DNA from: Pseudorhodoplanes sp.
GTDB taxonomy: Bacteria > Pseudomonadota > Alphaproteobacteria > Rhizobiales > Xanthobacteraceae
Assembly (NCBI GenBank): GCA_008933495.1
Contig: WBUW01000001.1
Coordinates: 1-33,116, forward strand
Direction: 5' to 3'
Length of the DNA: 33,116 bases
Shown: positions 29,854 to 33,116 of the stretch, one piece after another
Layout: each line of letters begins with the position of its first letter
How positions within the stretch are numbered: position 1 is the first letter of the stretch
Notes under the pieces: generated by a model
Told to the model about the DNA's origin: nothing
Databases searched by the model: none
What the model saw: the letters and a program-made list of their open reading frames with translations, nothing else
Program-made: the position numbers and the translations under genes

Positions 29854-30716
29854 CCGTCGCGCGGTGTGTTGCAATGGCGCATGGTCGCCTCGAGTACCGC
29901 TCCGGCAATGGCGCGGGCTTTGTCTGAGATCGTGCGGCAATATTCCGGACTTGCCCTCGGATCGATGTCGCCCAGCTTCAGGCCGGCGGTAACTTGCGTG
30001 CCCGGAAGAATGAGTCCTCGCAATACGCCATCGATCGCGGCGACAACAGGCAGATCCCCGACCTGTCCGACGACGTCGCCCCGGCCAATTCGGTCGCCAA
30101 TTCGGCGCTCGCTCCTGAACACGCCGTTCGCCGGTGAGCGCAGCACACGAGCCTGGGTATGGCCGGCGATGTCGCCGGGGACGCCCGTATTGGCGTCCGC
30201 GGCTCCCGAGGTGATGAGGCGGCCGAGGTGATGACCGCGATTGGTTTCTATGACGACATGACAGTCGCGTCCGGCGATGAAGCCCGGACCGAGCGCGATG
30301 ACCAGGGCGGCGTCTGCAATCGTCGTGGCGATATTCCGTTTGGCAAGGATCGCATCGACAGCGATATCGGGAACCAGGTCTGCAATGCTGTCCCATCGGC
30401 GGCGGACGACGACGGCGATCCTGTTTTCGCACCATGTCCGCTCGACATCGGCAAGGTCATGCGCAACGCGGGCTTCGACCCCTTCAATTGTTGCCCGTCC
30501 GTCTTCGATTGCCGCGCAGAACGAAACCGTTCGGCGGACGCAAAGCGGGGCGTCCAGTTCCGTCATGCAAATGCGCCTGATGTTCGCCATGTAAAGGCGC
30601 CAGGCGACCGCGCTGGCCATTTCGCCGGCTCCCCTGATCAGAACGATGGGCGAGACTGGTGCGAGGCGGCCGCTGCGGCTTGAACCCGGGACGGTAGTGC
30701 CTGAAGCGTTAAGCAT
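29850..30716 (-). CDS. yqeB: Selenium-dependent molybdenum hydroxylase system protein YqeB
   Basis: IRGAGEMASAVA, RRTVSF, VDAILAKRN, LGPGF, IETNRGHHLGR, NTGVPG, GDIDPR, ISDKARAIAGAVLEA; start uncertain. Confidence 0.88.
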   Translation of the reverse strand: MLNASGTTVPGSSRSGRLAPVSPIVLIRGAGEMASAVAWRLYMANIRRICMTELDAPLCVRRTVSFCAAIEDGRATIEGVEARVAHDLADVERTWCENRIAVVVRRRWDSIADLVPDIAVDAILAKRNIATTIADAALVIALGPGFIAGRDCHVVIETNRGHHLGRLITSGAADANTGVPGDIAGHTQARVLRSPANGVFRSERRIGDRIGRGDVVGQVGDLPVVAAIDGVLRGLILPGTQVTAGLKLGDIDPRASPEYCRTISDKARAIAGAVLEATMRHCNTPRDG

Positions 30717-30761
30717 TGGGCGGTCGAGGCCCCGTGTTTCGGCACGCGCATTTCTGTTTGC

Positions 30762-30805
30762 TTGCCCGACCAGCCCTATCACAATATAGTTTGTATAGCA
30801 AACTA
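30762..30805 (+). promoter_or_regulatory. Sigma70-like promoter for xdhC overlapped by operator TAGTTTG-N5-CAAACTA
   Basis: TTGCCC(30762)-N17-TATAGT(30785); inverted repeat 30787-30805. Confidence 0.65.
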
Positions 30806-30874
30806 ATATGTTGTCCCGCTCGTCATGGCGCAGTAAGGTGTCGCCCGGAAATGCCAAGCTGGGCGAATGCGCCA

Positions 30875-31675
30875 ATGGCGATCAGCCACATCGATCTCTT
30901 TCAGGAAGCCGTTCGGCTCCATCGCGAGGGGCGGCCGTTCTGCACGGTAACCGTTGCCGATGCGCGCGGCAGCATTCCGCAGGAGATCGGAGCGAAAGCG
31001 CTGATCGGCCGCGATGGACTGATCTGCGGCACAATCGGCGGCGGCAAGATCGAGGCTTATGGCTGTGATAAGGCCCGCGCACTTCTGACGCCGGAATCCG
31101 GGCTACGGACGATGCTTGAGCGGGTCAATCTGCACCGCGACGTCGGCATGACCTGCGCCGGCGAGATGACCCTGCTTTACGAGGTCTTCCGCCCGGACTT
31201 CGAATGGAACGTCGTCGTGTTCGGAGCGGGGCATGTCGCGCAGAAGCTTTGCCGCTTGCTGGTTGAGCTGGATTGCCGGGTGATCTGCATCGATCCGCGC
31301 TCAGAATGGCTCGACCGGCTGCCACACAGCCCGCGTTTGGAAAGGCGTCTGGTCAAGGATTTCGCCGACGACATGGATTGTGTGCCACGCGGCGCCTTCG
31401 TCGTTGTGATGACGATGGGTCACGCAACTGACCTGCCGGTGTTGCAGGCGCTGTTCCGCACGGACGTCGGCGCGCCGTTCATCGGCGTTCTCGGAAGCGA
31501 TTCGAAGGCGGCCATCATGCGCCGGGAACTTCGAGCCGGCGGCGTCGCCAACGAGTTCATTGCCCGGATCAACTGTCCGCTTGGCGAGAAGTTTGGAGAC
31601 AACACGCCGGCTGATATTGCCGTCAGCATCCTTTCTCAACTTGTGCGAGCCCGGCGCGAATCTGCCACCAAGTGA
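30875..31675 (+). CDS. xdhC: XdhC/CoxI-family molybdenum cofactor chaperone
   Basis: GSIPQEIGAK, GTIGGGKIE, GMTCAG, FGAGHVA, MTMGHATD, IGVLGS, CPLG...TPADIAVSI. Confidence 0.88.
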   Translation: MAISHIDLFQEAVRLHREGRPFCTVTVADARGSIPQEIGAKALIGRDGLICGTIGGGKIEAYGCDKARALLTPESGLRTMLERVNLHRDVGMTCAGEMTLLYEVFRPDFEWNVVVFGAGHVAQKLCRLLVELDCRVICIDPRSEWLDRLPHSPRLERRLVKDFADDMDCVPRGAFVVVMTMGHATDLPVLQALFRTDVGAPFIGVLGSDSKAAIMRRELRAGGVANEFIARINCPLGEKFGDNTPADIAVSILSQLVRARRESATK

Positions 31676-31689
31676 TCTTTGGAACCATT

Positions 31690-32333
31690 ATGGAGCAGAA
31701 TATCTCCCTTGCTCTGCTTGCGTGTGCCGGCGGTTGTGCAGCCAAGATCAGCCGGACTGAGGTTCGGGCTGCGTCATCGCGGCTGCCAGGTACCGGCGGC
31801 GGACGGGTCATCGTTGGCCATTCGACAGGCGATGATGCCGCCCTTGTCACGCTCACCGATGAACCGGCGGTCGTCGAGACCCGCGATATCTTTCCGTCGA
31901 TCGTCGCCGCTCCGTATGACCACGGCGGTATCGTAACCGCCGATGCACCGGGTGACATTCATGCGGTGGCTGTGCAACCGACCGGTGCGCCGAGCTTTGT
32001 TGCGTGGCCGGCGGGTCACCCCGGCCCGGTCCGCTGGGTCGGGTGCCGGTCTCCGATCGCGTCAAATCGTTGCCCGCGGACGGGCTTTGTCCCGGGAGAG
32101 CGCGGCGTAGTCGTCACTTTGCTGCGCCACGTGCAAGTTTTGCGGCCGAGGTTCGACGAATTGCAGCAATTGTCGCTGGCCGACGCGCAAACCTCGGGCG
32201 GGTTGCCGATGAGGGTGGATCAAACGAAACCGGAACGACGACGCGCCGGTCCCGGCGATCGCCGGCCGCTGCCGCGATCGGCCGAATCGTGGAGACTGAG
32301 GCGCCGGGACACATCGGGGTGGCATGCAATTGA
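31690..32333 (+). pseudogene. selD: Selenophosphate synthetase pseudogene (large internal deletion, frameshifts)
   Basis: N-terminal GGCAAK, GDDAA, DIFPSIVAAPYDHG; C-terminal LADAQTSGGL and (other frame) AIGRIVETEAPGHI; central GGH and DVTGFG motifs absent; about 640 bp versus about 1 kb for a full selD. Confidence 0.82.
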
Positions 32334-32821
32334 TGGATAGATTTGCAAAATCGAAGCGTCGCGGAAAATATGCAAGGAAGGTTCAACCCATCACCTTCGG
32401 ACCGCTTCCCGGGTATCTCGGTTATCAGATCCGCCAGGCGCAGGTCGCGGTATTCCGCGACTTGGTGGCATCGATTACGGATCTGGAGGTGACGCCGGGC
32501 GAGTACAGTTTGCTCACGCTGCTCGATGAAAATCCGGGCATCAGCCAGATCGATCTGGGAGCGGTGTACGGGCTCGACAAGTCAACTCTATCTTTGGCGG
32601 TCGCCCGACTCGTCAGACGCGGTTTGGTCCGTCGCACGCGCGACCGTGACGACAAGCGCTACTACGCGCTCTGGCTGCTGCCGCTGGGCCGCTCGCTGTT
32701 GCGACGGGCGCGCGCACGGGTTGAGGAGCAGGAACGCGCGATGGACGCGGTCTTGCGGCGCGGCGAGCGCCGGCATCTCCTTGATATGTTGCGACGAATT
32801 TCTCGCGCATTGGATCGTTGA
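32333..32821 (+). CDS. MarR-family transcriptional regulator
   Basis: LGYQIRQAQ, NPGISQ, DKSTL..., LVRRG, DKR; ATG overlaps the selD-frame stop (TGATG). Confidence 0.9.
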   Translation: MDRFAKSKRRGKYARKVQPITFGPLPGYLGYQIRQAQVAVFRDLVASITDLEVTPGEYSLLTLLDENPGISQIDLGAVYGLDKSTLSLAVARLVRRGLVRRTRDRDDKRYYALWLLPLGRSLLRRARARVEEQERAMDAVLRRGERRHLLDMLRRISRALDR

Positions 32822-32856
32822 GTCGGCGGAAGCTGCGAACGCACATGCCGCCCGCA

Positions 32857-32897
32857 TTGACATCCTGCGCATTGGAATATAGTTTGATATACAAACT
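32857..32897 (+). promoter_or_regulatory. Sigma70-like promoter with overlapping operator AGTTTG-N5-CAAACT
   Basis: TTGACA(32857)-N17-TAGTTT(32880); inverted repeat 32881-32897 matches the one at 30787-30805. Confidence 0.7.
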
Positions 32898-32984
32898 GTT
32901 TTTTGATCAACCGGGAGGGAAAATGTCGCTGCCGCGAAAGACGGTGCGACCAACCGTCCGCCCCCTGGCGCGATCGGGGGCGGC

Positions 32985-33116
32985 ATGATTCAATTCGATT
33001 TCGAATACGAACGGCCCGGCACTCTGGCGGAGGCGGTCATGCTGTTGCGCCGGCGCGGGGCGGACGCGCGCATAATGGCGGGCGGAACAGATTTGTTGCC
33101 AAACATGCGCGTCGAG
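32985..33116 (+). CDS. Xanthine dehydrogenase-family FAD-binding subunit, N-terminus (runs off window)
   Basis: Manual translation MIQFDFEYERPGTLAEAVMLLRRRGADARIMAGGTDLLPNMRVE. Confidence 0.85.
   Translation, partial: MIQFDFEYERPGTLAEAVMLLRRRGADARIMAGGTDLLPNMRVE

Noticed and set aside
31672-32340. Intact 222-aa protein, or a Sec-containing SelD read through UGA
   Set aside because: The catalytic position is a TGT Cys codon; homology is split across frames with a deletion, so UGA recoding cannot restore it
1-33116. CRISPR arrays, tRNA/rRNA, tandem repeats, phage or defence genes
   Set aside because: No regularly spaced repeats or relevant motifs seen; GCC runs at about 19850 and 22400 are glycine codons

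Overview
GC-rich, probably alphaproteobacterial (Hyphomicrobiales-like) catabolic region. The centre (6954-29521, minus strand) is one long, tightly coupled gene cluster: GntR regulator, thiolase, CoA ligase, two hydantoinase/oxoprolinase-family subunits, acyl-CoA dehydrogenase, two-subunit B12-dependent acyl-CoA mutase, three-subunit xanthine-oxidase-family molybdoenzyme, family III CoA transferase, V4R protein, Liv-type ABC transporter and a second CoA ligase. Content and order match the anaerobic indole-3-acetate (auxin) degradation cluster iaaR-A-B-C-E-F-G-H-I-J-K-L-M of Aromatoleum/Azoarcus. That call rests on recalled synteny and family motifs, not on a database search. To the right lies a selenium/molybdenum-hydroxylase maturation module: intact yqeB, xdhC, an internally deleted and frameshifted selD pseudogene, and marR. 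Two matching operator palindromes and the start of a third molybdoenzyme FAD subunit follow. To the left are a decayed IS3-family element at the cluster edge, a NUDIX plus alpha/beta-hydrolase pair, a DUF2848-GntR-cupin-amidase operon and the end of another molybdoenzyme operon. No rRNA, tRNA or CRISPR array was seen.
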